A stretch of DNA of 22,129 nt, taken from positions 1-22,129 of the forward strand of contig JAVBWN010000004.1 of NCBI GenBank assembly GCA_036677365.1, in the 5' to 3' direction. The position numbers were made by a program, and so were the translations under genes. This stretch comes from Acholeplasma sp. GTDB taxonomy: Bacteria > Bacillota_I > Bacilli_A > Acholeplasmatales > UBA5453. Below, one piece after another: positions 8,331-19,088 of this stretch (position 1 is its first letter; every line of letters begins with the position of its first letter). The notes beneath the pieces are model-generated. The model worked only from the letters and a program-made list of their open reading frames with translations, had not been told where the DNA came from and searched no databases.

Positions 8331-8723
8331 TTAGACTTTGCTGGCTTTGGCTTTTTGAATGTTTTCAGCCAATTCCTTTTCGGCTTTACCAAAGTCAATC
8401 GAACGACGTTTATTTTCTTCTAGGCGTTCTTTACGTACAGAAAGTAAATGTTCCATCGCGGATTGTTCGGTGTAACCAATGTGTGCTTCTTGAGCAATGA
8501 CATTGACGATGTTGTTGGAAAATTCTACTACCCCATTTAAGATGACTGTGACAAGGTTCGAGTCTTCTTTGACCATTTTGACATAGCCACGGTCAATCGA
8601 TGAGATGACTGGGGTATGGTTTTTCATGAGGGCGAATTGTCCTGTCAATTGTGAGGCAACCACCACATAATCGACTTGTTCGTCATACAGTTTGCCTGCA
8701 GGGGTAACCACGATGATTTGCAT
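8331..8723 (-). CDS. atpC: F1Fo ATP synthase epsilon subunit
   Basis: IIVVTPAG...GQFALMKNHTP beta-sandwich motif plus helical C-terminus; last gene of the operon. Confidence 0.92.
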   Translation of the reverse strand: MQIIVVTPAGKLYDEQVDYVVVASQLTGQFALMKNHTPVISSIDRGYVKMVKEDSNLVTVILNGVVEFSNNIVNVIAQEAHIGYTEQSAMEHLLSVRKERLEENKRRSIDFGKAEKELAENIQKAKASKV

Positions 8724-8731
8724 GGGTTCAC

Positions 8732-10150
<1,419 letters not shown>

Positions 10151-11011
10151 TTACTTAACCGCATTGGCGCCGCCAATGATGTCGGTTAGTTCAATGGTAA
10201 TTGCGGCTTGACGTGCACGGTTATAATGAAGTTCTAACTTCTTGATGACGTCTTTCGCATTATCGGTTGCTGAACGCATGGCGGTCATGCGTGACGCATG
10301 TTCGCCTGCTTTGGCTTCGAGTATGAACCCATACAACGTATTTTCAACATACATCGGTAAAAGATGATTGATGATTTCTGTTTTATTTGGTTCATAATCG
10401 TAGCGGATTTTATGGGGTTCATCGGTTGGTTCTAATGTGATTGGTAACAGCTTTTTGGCTTCGACATTTTGATACAGTGTATTGATGAAGTGGCTATAGA
10501 ACACCACGATTTCATCCACAGTTTCATTTAAGAACAAATCGATAAACTTCTGAGTGATTTCTTTAAAATCAATGAATTGAATGTCGTCTCGGACGTGAAT
10601 TGGCTTATCATTGATCAATTGGTATTGGTTTCGCTTGGCGAAACTGAATGCTTTTTGACCAATCGCTGCGACCATCACGGTTTCAGGGTTGACACCCGTT
10701 TCTTTGATGTGGGATTGAAACTTACGGAATAGGTTTGCGTTGTAAGGTCCGGCCAAACCACGGTCTGAACTGATGAGGATATAACAAGTCTTTTGGACAG
10801 GTCTTTCTTCTAACAGGACATGTGATAACTCATTGTCGGTGATGACACCTTGAATGATGTGGTTAAGTCGTTTAACCATCGGACGATACGATACCATCGC
10901 ACGTTCCGCTTTTTTGAGTTTGGATGCGGAAACCATGTACATCGCATTGGTGATTTGAGCGGTTTTTTTGGTCGCGATGATGCGCGCCTTAATGTCTCTC
11001 ATCGATGCCAT
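10151..11011 (-). CDS. atpG: F1 gamma subunit
   Basis: QITNAMYMVSASKL, SSDRGLAGPYN, YNRARQAAITIELTDIIGGA. Confidence 0.98.
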   Translation of the reverse strand: MASMRDIKARIIATKKTAQITNAMYMVSASKLKKAERAMVSYRPMVKRLNHIIQGVITDNELSHVLLEERPVQKTCYILISSDRGLAGPYNANLFRKFQSHIKETGVNPETVMVAAIGQKAFSFAKRNQYQLINDKPIHVRDDIQFIDFKEITQKFIDLFLNETVDEIVVFYSHFINTLYQNVEAKKLLPITLEPTDEPHKIRYDYEPNKTEIINHLLPMYVENTLYGFILEAKAGEHASRMTAMRSATDNAKDVIKKLELHYNRARQAAITIELTDIIGGANAVK

Positions 11012-11021
11012 AGGGGATGAC

Positions 11022-12530
11022 CTATACGAACGTTAATTTGAAACGGTTGACGGCTGCCTTCATCTTGGTTGGATCTGGCAAGGTCGCTGTGTTTCTAAGT
11101 TCTTCTAACAATGCTGAAGCTTCTTTATCCGTATTAAAGAAACTGTGCAATGATTTTTCAAATCGTCTGATGTCTGCTAATTTAACGCTATCAAGGAACC
11201 CTTGAGTGAGTGCGAAAATTGAAATGACTTGGAATTCAACAGGCATCGTATCGTGTAACCCTTGTTTTAGGATTTCTACGGTACGTTTGCCGCGTTCGAG
11301 TCGCGCTTTGGTCGCTTCATCTAAGTCACTACCAAATTGGGTGAATGCTTCAAGCTCACGGAAGGAGGCTAAATCCAAACGTAAGGTACCTGAAACTTTC
11401 TTAATTGCTTTGGTTTGAGCAGCGCCACCGACACGGGAAACCGATAGGCCCGCATTGATCGCAGGTCTAACGCCACTGTGGAACAAATCAGACTGTAAGA
11501 AAATTTGTCCATCGGTGATGCTGATGACGTTGGTTGGAATATAGGCAGAAATATCGCCTGCTTGGGTTTCAATGATTGGTAAGGCGGTGATTGAACCCCC
11601 ACCTAAAGCATCATTTAACTTGGCAGCTCTTTCTAATAGTCTGCTGTGTAGATAAAAGACATCCCCAGGGAACGCTTCGCGACCTGGTGGTCTTCGAAGT
11701 AGTAAAGACAATTCACGGTAAGCGGTCGCGTGTTTGGTTAAATCATCGTACACCACCAAGACATCTTTACCAGCAAACATGAATTCTTCGGCCATGGTCA
11801 CACCTGCATAAGGTGCTAAGTATAATAACGGTGAAGGTTCGGATGCTGAGGCAGATACAATGATGGAATAATCCATTGCGCCGTGGGATTTGAGGGTTTC
11901 AAACACACCTGCAACGGTCGATTCTTTTTGACCAATGGCGACATAGATACAAATGACATTTTTACCTTTTTGGTTGATGATGGTATCGATTGCCAATGTG
12001 GTTTTACCGGTTTGACGGTCACCAATGATGAGTTCTCTTTGGCCACGACCAATGGGTACCAAGGCATCGAGTACCTTAATCCCTGTTTGAAGGGGTTGAT
12101 GGACGCCTTTACGGGCCATGACACCGGTTGCTTTACGCTCAATGGTGCGGAATTTATCGGTTTGGATTTTCCCCATGCCATCGATGGGTTTACCGAGTGG
12201 GTTGACGACACGTCCGATGAGGGCTTCACCGACAGGGACTTCTAAAATACGTCCAGTGGTTCTGACGGTATCGCCTTCTTTGATGCTGGTCGATTCATCC
12301 AATAAGATGACCCCAACATAGTCTTTTTCTAAGTTCAGTACTTGGCCATAGACACCATGGGGGAATTCTAGGAGTTCACCGCTCATCGCCTGATCAAGGC
12401 CATGAACCAAGGCAATCCCATCCCCAACGCTGATGACCGTACCGACGTTGTCTGTTTTAATTTCATTTTGATACTTCTTAATTTGCTCTATGATCAAAGA
12501 ACTAATTTCGACTGGATTAATTTTACTCAT
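11022..12530 (-). CDS. atpA: F1 alpha subunit
   Basis: [43 protein letters not shown]. Confidence 0.99.
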   Translation of the reverse strand: MSKINPVEISSLIIEQIKKYQNEIKTDNVGTVISVGDGIALVHGLDQAMSGELLEFPHGVYGQVLNLEKDYVGVILLDESTSIKEGDTVRTTGRILEVPVGEALIGRVVNPLGKPIDGMGKIQTDKFRTIERKATGVMARKGVHQPLQTGIKVLDALVPIGRGQRELIIGDRQTGKTTLAIDTIINQKGKNVICIYVAIGQKESTVAGVFETLKSHGAMDYSIIVSASASEPSPLLYLAPYAGVTMAEEFMFAGKDVLVVYDDLTKHATAYRELSLLLRRPPGREAFPGDVFYLHSRLLERAAKLNDALGGGSITALPIIETQAGDISAYIPTNVISITDGQIFLQSDLFHSGVRPAINAGLSVSRVGGAAQTKAIKKVSGTLRLDLASFRELEAFTQFGSDLDEATKARLERGKRTVEILKQGLHDTMPVEFQVISIFALTQGFLDSVKLADIRRFEKSLHSFFNTDKEASALLEELRNTATLPDPTKMKAAVNRFKLTFV

Positions 12531-12543
12531 ATATTCACCTTCT

Positions 12544-13059
12544 CTATGCCTTTAAGGTTTCGCTTAAAGAAGCAATAAAATGATTGATGGTATGGTCAAC
12601 TACATTGCCTTCATAGGCAATCTTGATGCCACCCACAATGGTTGGATCGATGACATTTTCTAAAAGGGCTATTCGATTTAGCTTGGTTTGCAAAGCAACT
12701 TTGATCCCCTCGAGCTCGGTTTTAGATAATGGTTTATTGGAAAAGACTTTTGCTCTTAAGACTTGGTTTTGTTGGTCTAGGAGCGCTTGATAACTCTTCA
12801 AGATTTCATCGACATCGGATAACCTGTTATTATCGATGAGGACGTATAAAAAATGATTCATCAATGGGGCAAGTTTGAATCCATCGATGACGGCTTTTTT
12901 ATCGGCAATCGTGACTTTTGGGTGTTTTAGAATTTCAGCGATTGGCCCTTGGTGTTGACCGATAAAACGTTCTAACTCGGTTGCCATCGCTTGGGTTTGT
13001 TTTTGTTCTACCGCCAAAGCGTAGAGTGCTTCTGCATATTGGTAGCTTAAACTGCTCAT
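12544..13059 (-). CDS. atpH: F1 delta subunit
   Basis: YAEALY N-terminus, [18 protein letters not shown]; position between atpF and atpA. Confidence 0.95.
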   Translation of the reverse strand: MSSLSYQYAEALYALAVEQKQTQAMATELERFIGQHQGPIAEILKHPKVTIADKKAVIDGFKLAPLMNHFLYVLIDNNRLSDVDEILKSYQALLDQQNQVLRAKVFSNKPLSKTELEGIKVALQTKLNRIALLENVIDPTIVGGIKIAYEGNVVDHTINHFIASLSETLKA

Positions 13060-13589
13060 GAACGTTTGACCTCATTGGTCGCTTCGTTCACCCATTGTTC
13101 GTACTTTTTGGCGTCCACTTCTTTTTGGATGATTTTCTCAGCCAAAACAGTAGCGACGGTTACGATTTCCTTCTTGATTTGATCTTGGGCTTTTTGAACC
13201 TCAAGTTCCACTTCTTTTTCTGCTTCTAATTTGAGACGTTGAGCTTCGGCTTTCGCTTTCGCAATGATTTCTGATTCCTCTTTTTGTGCTCTTATTTTCG
13301 CATCTTCTAAAGTCTTAGAGACCGAATTGCGTAAAGTTGCATAGGTTTCATCGGCATTGGCTTTGATTTGAGCCGCTTCTAATTTAAGCGCTTCTGCTTT
13401 GAAAAGTTCTTCGTCCATATAAGCTCTACGCTTTTCAATGAACTCAGTGAGGTTTTTCCAGAAGAATTTTCTAATCACTAAAAACAGAACAATCGTTCCG
13501 CCTAGTTGAATCAAGATTTCTTCGAGACCCACGCCTAGTAATAAACCAAGCGACTCTTCGACAAAGCTTTTTAGTGTATCAGCAAGCAT
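13056..13589 (-). CDS. atpF: Fo b subunit
   Basis: N-terminal TM ending RKFFWKNLTEFIEKRR, then a long coiled coil; operon position. Confidence 0.95.
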   Translation of the reverse strand: MLADTLKSFVEESLGLLLGVGLEEILIQLGGTIVLFLVIRKFFWKNLTEFIEKRRAYMDEELFKAEALKLEAAQIKANADETYATLRNSVSKTLEDAKIRAQKEESEIIAKAKAEAQRLKLEAEKEVELEVQKAQDQIKKEIVTVATVLAEKIIQKEVDAKKYEQWVNEATNEVKRS

Positions 13590-13615
13590 AAACGCTTACC
13601 TCCTTTTAATGACGA

Positions 13616-13882
<267 letters not shown>

Positions 13883-14557
13883 TTAATCTTCCACAGCAAT
13901 TGCTAGGAATATTGAAAATAAACTTAAATACACATAGGCCTGTATCGCACCTACAAATATATCAAACACTGGGTGCAACAAGAATGCCCCAATGAAGATG
14001 CCCAAATAGGATGTAAAATGATAAATCAAAATCGCTAAGATCGACCCAGACATCAAATTGCCAAATAAACGCATACCCATCGAAAACGGGGTCGAAAATT
14101 CACCGATTAGATTGAGTGGTAAAAATAACGGATTTGGTGCGAGTAGTGCTTTCATTCTAGCTTTAGGACGTTTGATGATTAAAGCCGAACCTTGTATGGT
14201 TGCGAAGACGATGATGCTCATTGACAACGCAATATTTAAGTTTGACAGTGGTGCCGTCAAGCCCACCAAACTCGCCCAGTTTGCGAAAACCAAATACATA
14301 AACATGGTTAACAAAAAGGGTTGAAATGTCTTGTGGTATTTTGGAAAGATTGGTACGAGCATCTTATTGATCATATCAACCAACCAAATCATGAGAAATG
14401 TAAAGCCTTTAGGTGTCTTTCGATAATCCAACTTTTTTACCCTTAGTCCGACGATGGTCGTCATTAAAATCAGGACAATGAAAACAACAATGCTGGCTTT
14501 AAGTGCGGACGATAAGTTGTAGTAAAAATGATACAAAGCATTGAAAAAATCATTCAT
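13883..14557 (-). CDS. atpB: Fo a subunit
   Basis: PFSMGMRLFGNLMSG (essential Arg) and FDIFVGAIQAYVY. Confidence 0.97.
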   Translation of the reverse strand: MNDFFNALYHFYYNLSSALKASIVVFIVLILMTTIVGLRVKKLDYRKTPKGFTFLMIWLVDMINKMLVPIFPKYHKTFQPFLLTMFMYLVFANWASLVGLTAPLSNLNIALSMSIIVFATIQGSALIIKRPKARMKALLAPNPLFLPLNLIGEFSTPFSMGMRLFGNLMSGSILAILIYHFTSYLGIFIGAFLLHPVFDIFVGAIQAYVYLSLFSIFLAIAVED

Positions 14558-14924
14558 GATGATTTCCTCCTCTAATGGTATGCCAAATGGCTTGACTGTA
14601 TAATGCTATTTTAAATGTCAACAGTCCAAAAAATGTCCCATAAATGTTTAATGTATCCATATAATAGGACAAACTTAACACAATGATATATAAGGTATAA
14701 CGAAGTAACAATCCGATGACTCTACCAGAAACCCTTGGGTTATCTTTATTCATTTTACGATGGTTTTTCGCTAATAAGCTCATACCCCATAACATGGTAG
14801 CTCCACCCAAAATGATGCTGATGGCTACAGCTCTTCCAAAAATGAAAAAGGCAGCAACACTCGATACGCCAATCAGCAAAATGGTATATTTAAAATTTTG
14901 AGTGAATTCATTTCTTGCTGACAT
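14550..14924 (-). CDS. atpI: ATP synthase subunit I (4 TM)
   Basis: Four hydrophobic helices, LLRY motif, directly upstream of and overlapping atpB. Confidence 0.85.
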   Translation of the reverse strand: MSARNEFTQNFKYTILLIGVSSVAAFFIFGRAVAISIILGGATMLWGMSLLAKNHRKMNKDNPRVSGRVIGLLLRYTLYIIVLSLSYYMDTLNIYGTFFGLLTFKIALYSQAIWHTIRGGNHHE

Positions 14925-15162
14925 CTTTACCCTCTTTTTTTGTCATTCGTTTGTATAAGTTTGAAATCGACGAATAGATTCCAAACAATGTAAATACGAT
15001 GGTAAAAAGTACTTTGGTCTCAAGATACTCGTCTAGTAGTAACCCTAAAATGATCAATCCAAGTAAAACGAAAACCAACTCATAAAAGAATGCGATGACC
15101 AAATTATACTCGCGGTAAACTTCAACCAACGATTTTCTTTTTTTATCATTATTGGGTTCCAT
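14908..15162 (-). CDS. atpZ: AtpZ/AtpI ('ATPase gene 1') family 2-TM protein
   Basis: GLIILGLLLDEYLETKVLFTIVFTLFG fits the G..G..LD...T.P.F pattern; first gene of the operon; RBS GAGG. Confidence 0.75.
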   Translation of the reverse strand: MEPNNDKKRKSLVEVYREYNLVIAFFYELVFVLLGLIILGLLLDEYLETKVLFTIVFTLFGIYSSISNLYKRMTKKEGKDVSKK

Positions 15163-15225
15163 ATAACCTCGGTTGACTTTATTTATAATAAAAAGCCCAG
15201 TACTTTGAAAAATCTTACAATAACT

Positions 15226-15254
15226 AGTATATCAAATTCAAACCAACATCACAA
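15226..15254 (-). promoter_or_regulatory. Promoter of the atp operon
   Basis: Minus-strand TTGTGA (15254-15249), 17-nt spacer, TATACT (15231-15226) with extended TG. Confidence 0.65.
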
Positions 15255-15304
15255 ACAAAATCGATAACGTTCGCTGGTTTTTAGGTGTTGTCTATCATGC
15301 TAGA

Positions 15305-17647
15305 TTAGGATTCAAATCTACCCATTCTAAAACGGGATAACTCGATTCTATAAGGTTTCTTGTCTAAAGCGAGTTTGAATGCATAAATGATCGACTTCAT
15401 TTCTTTTTCAGTCTCGGTGGTGAAATCGAGTCTGAATGTATTTATTTTAGCCTTTTTCAAAGCATCCAAATGGTCAATCAACAATAGGGGTGTTGGGTCC
15501 ATCACACGCATGTTACAATGCCCATCATTGAGTAATGCGTATTTACCGATGTGGTCTTGTAGGTAATATTGGTCTTTAAAACACAATTTACAATTGGGCT
15601 TATAGCCGAACGTCTTCGCCACTGGACAGTATTTAGAAATCATCAAATCTTTGTGGCCATAAACCACCATTTCTAAATTCGGATAAGCGCCATAGCGTTT
15701 ATAGTATCGGTCCGAAAAGTTGAGTACATGGGCTTGATCCAATTCTGAGGATAAACTGATTCTTTCGACGTTGTGATTTGAAATGAGGGCTGCGGTGTGG
15801 ATGTTGGTGATGTTGATGAATTCATCGGTGACGAGTGGGTATCGCTTTTGATTTTGATGAATGCCACCGAGTTCAGATACCATGGTTGGGCCTTGGATTT
15901 CAAACCCTTGGATGTCTTCAATGATCCGTTTGGACACAGGTCTAACCGGTGTATTTGGGTAATCCGATGGGTTGACTTCAATGATATCTTCATAATATAT
16001 TTCATCGAAACCCAATCGATAGGCCACATTCAATTGTTCTAATGTATGAACTCTGGCGGTTAATTTGAACTGTGGATTGAATAAAAACCCATTTTTAAGC
16101 GTATAAGGCAATACCCGTGGGGTATTTCTATGCGTTCTTAATGCACTTAATTCTTCAATAGCGATTCGTCTAAGTTCGTTAAGCGTTTTAATCGGGATGA
16201 AACAATTGCCATCGGTATACACGGAAAGCTCATCAAAATAAAACGGTGTCCCACCAAGTTTCGATAGGCTGGTTGCGATGGATGCGTCAGTTGCGGGTTG
16301 ATTCATCGCGTATTCTAGTGAGGTATCTGAGGATACTTCTACGGTGTGTTCACCATCGCTTAAACTCAATGTGAACGGCTGACCGACAAAGGCACTGGCC
16401 ATCCCTGTGATGGGTAGGACTTTGAATGAAGTTGATTGGTACATCACCAAATCTTTTTCTAAATCCGAATCAAGTGTTTTATATAGGATAGAACCAGGAT
16501 AGACCGTTTCTTTAACTTCCAAAAAAACCGTTTCGCCTTTGAAAGCCTCTTTGATGATGGTATTGTTTTCACGTTTCATGAAGGTGACCATGTTGCCATA
16601 ATCGTGGTCTCCAACGATTCTAAAACCATCGCCATTTTTTAAATCTTCATGGAGTTGAACCAAAGCGAGGTTTTTATCATAGCTAAGGACTTTACCGATG
16701 GGTACCCCCATGTGGTTGGGTCTAAAATCATTGTTTAAATCCTTTGGTACTTCTTTCAACATGTACCCTTTCGTATAATCACGATTAAAGACACGTTTGA
16801 GCTTATCAATTTCGGTCTTAAAGTCGATTTTCTTGTCTTCATAATAGGCATCGATGGCTTCTCGGTAAGCTAGGGTAGTTTGTGTAACATACTCTTTTTT
16901 ACGCATTCTACCTTCAATTTTAAAAGAGTCAATACCCGCTTCGATGAGCTGGTCGATGTATTCTAAAGTCATTAGGTCTTTCGCACTCATCAAGTACGAT
17001 TCTTCACCAATGACGGTTTTATCTTTGATCAATTTATAAGGAAGTCTACAATTATAAGCACATTCACCTCTATTACCGGAACGTTTATTTAAAATGGACG
17101 AAATCAAGCAATTGCCAGAAAATGACACACATAGCGCACCATGGATGAACACTTCTAGTTCAATATCAACGGTTTTCTTGATGGCTTTGATGACATCTAA
17201 ACTGGTCTCACGGGCCAAAATGACACGCTTAACACCCAAATCTTTTAAGAACTGAACATGGTGGAGGTTGTGGGCATTCACTTGGGTTGAGGCGTGGATA
17301 GCCGTATCTGGGTATCTTTGAGTGAAAATCGAAATCATCCCGATGTCTTGGACAATCAACGCGTCCACATGGGCTTTGACGAGTTCATCGGTATAGGATA
17401 ACAAATCCTCAACTTCATCGTCGAAGGTCAGTGTATTGACAACAATAAAAACCGATACACCCCGTAGGTGGGCATATTCGATCGCTTCTTTTAAATCTTG
17501 TTGATTGAAATTTTCAGCGAATGCACGGGCACCAAAACGGTGACCTGCCATAAAAATGGCGTTCGCGCCAGCGTTGATCGCACCGATAAACGCTTCTTTT
17601 GTCCCTGCTGGGGCGAGTAATTCGGGTTTTTTCAAGGTATCCCTCAT
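15305..17647 (-). CDS. rlhA: U32 'peptidase' family Fe-S hydroxylase with DUF3656-like region, RlhA-type (23S rRNA ho5C2501 synthase candidate)
   Basis: PELLAPAG, HASTQ, ELEVFIHGALCVSFSGNC...NRGECAYNCR, KIEGRM, LSKLGGTPF...IPIKTLNELRR, and a second degenerate U32-like domain. Confidence 0.75.
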   Translation of the reverse strand: MRDTLKKPELLAPAGTKEAFIGAINAGANAIFMAGHRFGARAFAENFNQQDLKEAIEYAHLRGVSVFIVVNTLTFDDEVEDLLSYTDELVKAHVDALIVQDIGMISIFTQRYPDTAIHASTQVNAHNLHHVQFLKDLGVKRVILARETSLDVIKAIKKTVDIELEVFIHGALCVSFSGNCLISSILNKRSGNRGECAYNCRLPYKLIKDKTVIGEESYLMSAKDLMTLEYIDQLIEAGIDSFKIEGRMRKKEYVTQTTLAYREAIDAYYEDKKIDFKTEIDKLKRVFNRDYTKGYMLKEVPKDLNNDFRPNHMGVPIGKVLSYDKNLALVQLHEDLKNGDGFRIVGDHDYGNMVTFMKRENNTIIKEAFKGETVFLEVKETVYPGSILYKTLDSDLEKDLVMYQSTSFKVLPITGMASAFVGQPFTLSLSDGEHTVEVSSDTSLEYAMNQPATDASIATSLSKLGGTPFYFDELSVYTDGNCFIPIKTLNELRRIAIEELSALRTHRNTPRVLPYTLKNGFLFNPQFKLTARVHTLEQLNVAYRLGFDEIYYEDIIEVNPSDYPNTPVRPVSKRIIEDIQGFEIQGPTMVSELGGIHQNQKRYPLVTDEFINITNIHTAALISNHNVERISLSSELDQAHVLNFSDRYYKRYGAYPNLEMVVYGHKDLMISKYCPVAKTFGYKPNCKLCFKDQYYLQDHIGKYALLNDGHCNMRVMDPTPLLLIDHLDALKKAKINTFRLDFTTETEKEMKSIIYAFKLALDKKPYRIELSRFRMGRFES

Positions 17648-17662
17648 CTTCTAACAAGCCGT

Positions 17663-17671
17663 ATTATATCA
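17663..17671 (-). promoter_or_regulatory. Extended -10 promoter of the U32 gene
   Basis: Minus-strand TGATATAAT ending 15 nt before the ATG. Confidence 0.6.
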
Positions 17672-17746
17672 CGTAGTGATACCGAATACTATAGGGTTTG
17701 ATTATTTTGTTAACATTACCAATTTCATTCAAAGAAGAGAAATTAC

Positions 17747-17775
17747 TTTATATTGTTTCATCCATTTGTTACAAT
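17747..17775 (+). promoter_or_regulatory. Promoter of the GDPD gene
   Basis: TTTATA (17747-17752), 17-nt spacer, TACAAT (17770-17775) with extended TG. Confidence 0.55.
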
Positions 17776-17790
17776 ATTTTTGGTGATACA

Positions 17791-18522
17791 ATGAAACAGA
17801 TGACTTGGTTAAAAGAAACCTACATTACACACCGTGGTTTACACGGGGTTTTGGGGTTGATTGAAAATACTCGAAAATCCTTTATTGAAGCGATCAATCA
17901 CGGCTTTGGTATTGAGATTGATACGAACATATTAAAAGACGGTACCGTGGTCGTTTTTCACGACAAAAACTTAAAGCGTTTGTGTGGTGTGGACCGTTAT
18001 TTAAAGGATGTCACTTACGATGAGATTAAAGATTTAAACATCATCGGTACAGATGAACACATCCCGACCTTAACCGAGATTTTGAATTTAATCGATGGAA
18101 AAGTGCCACTCTTGATTGAAATCAAACCTTTCGGTAATAAAAAGAAACATGCGAAAGCAGTCAAAACAGCCCTAGCTGCATACCCATACACAGTCGCCGT
18201 CCAGTCCTATGACCCATCCATCGTGTATTGGTTCAAAAAACATGGTAACGATCTCATTCGAGGACAAATCAGTGAGTATTTTACCGAATCGAACATGAGT
18301 CCTTTGATGCGTCGGCTTTTAAGACGGATGGTGTTTAATTTTTTGACGAAACCGGATTTCATCAACTATCGTTTAGAAGATATGCCCAATAAGTACATTG
18401 AAAAAGCCAAACAACAAGGATTGCTTGTACTGGCTTACGCTGCGAGGTCACCCAAAGCACTCGTCTATGCGAGAAAAGCATTCGATAATGCTGTTTTTGA
18501 AAATTTTATCCCTAAAAAATAG
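17791..18522 (+). CDS. Glycerophosphodiester phosphodiesterase family protein (start likely ATG 17791)
   Basis: THRGLH, ENT, GIEID, VVFHD, LLIEIK, VQSY motifs; RBS GGTGA at 17782-17786; the promoter lies inside the ORF-track N-terminal extension. Confidence 0.92.
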   Translation: MKQMTWLKETYITHRGLHGVLGLIENTRKSFIEAINHGFGIEIDTNILKDGTVVVFHDKNLKRLCGVDRYLKDVTYDEIKDLNIIGTDEHIPTLTEILNLIDGKVPLLIEIKPFGNKKKHAKAVKTALAAYPYTVAVQSYDPSIVYWFKKHGNDLIRGQISEYFTESNMSPLMRRLLRRMVFNFLTKPDFINYRLEDMPNKYIEKAKQQGLLVLAYAARSPKALVYARKAFDNAVFENFIPKK

Positions 18523-18552
18523 GATTATTCGAAATTCATTGGATTATTTCAT

Positions 18553-18580
18553 AAAAAACGGACAAAATCGTCCGTTTTTT
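18553..18580 (+). terminator. Intrinsic terminator after GDPD
   Basis: AAAAAACGGAC-AAAATC-GTCCGTTTTTT. Confidence 0.85.
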
Positions 18581-18618
18581 CGTTTTATTATATGAATACG
18601 ATAGATTTGAGGTTGCCT

Positions 18619-19059
18619 ATGTCTTTAAAGTACAAGTACATCCTATTGTATACTTGGGTCACCCTGCTTGGGTATGTCCTCGTACTCAATTTGATTTTAT
18701 ATTTAAATAAACAACAAGTGTATTTTTGGCACGCATACCAACAATACAATGACCCAGTATTGCTCACCAAACATCATTTTTTCCTACAAAATATGTATAT
18801 TACGATATTACTGCCTGTATTTGTGATTTCACCTTTATTTGGTAAAATCCTCTTGATTTTCCAGTATGCTGACGATACGGTCAAAAAGATTTCATTGTAT
18901 ACCTGGTCAAAATCGTTGGGTATCGTGGTTTTTTCAGGACTTTATATTCAATCCTTAGTGGCCCCGTCGATTGAACCTTCTAAAGTCATGGCCATCGTGG
19001 TCTGCCCTTTTTTCTTCATATTGACACTTTATCAATTTCAACTCGAAGCCAAAAAATGA
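18619..19059 (+). CDS. Hypothetical 4-TM membrane protein (start likely ATG 18619)
   Basis: Four hydrophobic segments; RBS GAGGT at 18609-18613; fills the gap between two terminators. Confidence 0.65.
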   Translation: MSLKYKYILLYTWVTLLGYVLVLNLILYLNKQQVYFWHAYQQYNDPVLLTKHHFFLQNMYITILLPVFVISPLFGKILLIFQYADDTVKKISLYTWSKSLGIVVFSGLYIQSLVAPSIEPSKVMAIVVCPFFFILTLYQFQLEAKK

Positions 19060-19088
19060 ACGCCTAGCAATTGCCAGGCGTTTTTTTT
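19051..19088. terminator. Terminator between the convergent hypothetical and MFS genes
   Basis: AACGCCTaGC-AATT-GCcAGGCGTT followed by a T-run; A-run on the other side. Confidence 0.8.

Noticed and set aside
17698..17790. N-terminal extension of GDPD in the ORF track
   Set aside because: It contains the predicted promoter; the RBS supports ATG 17791.
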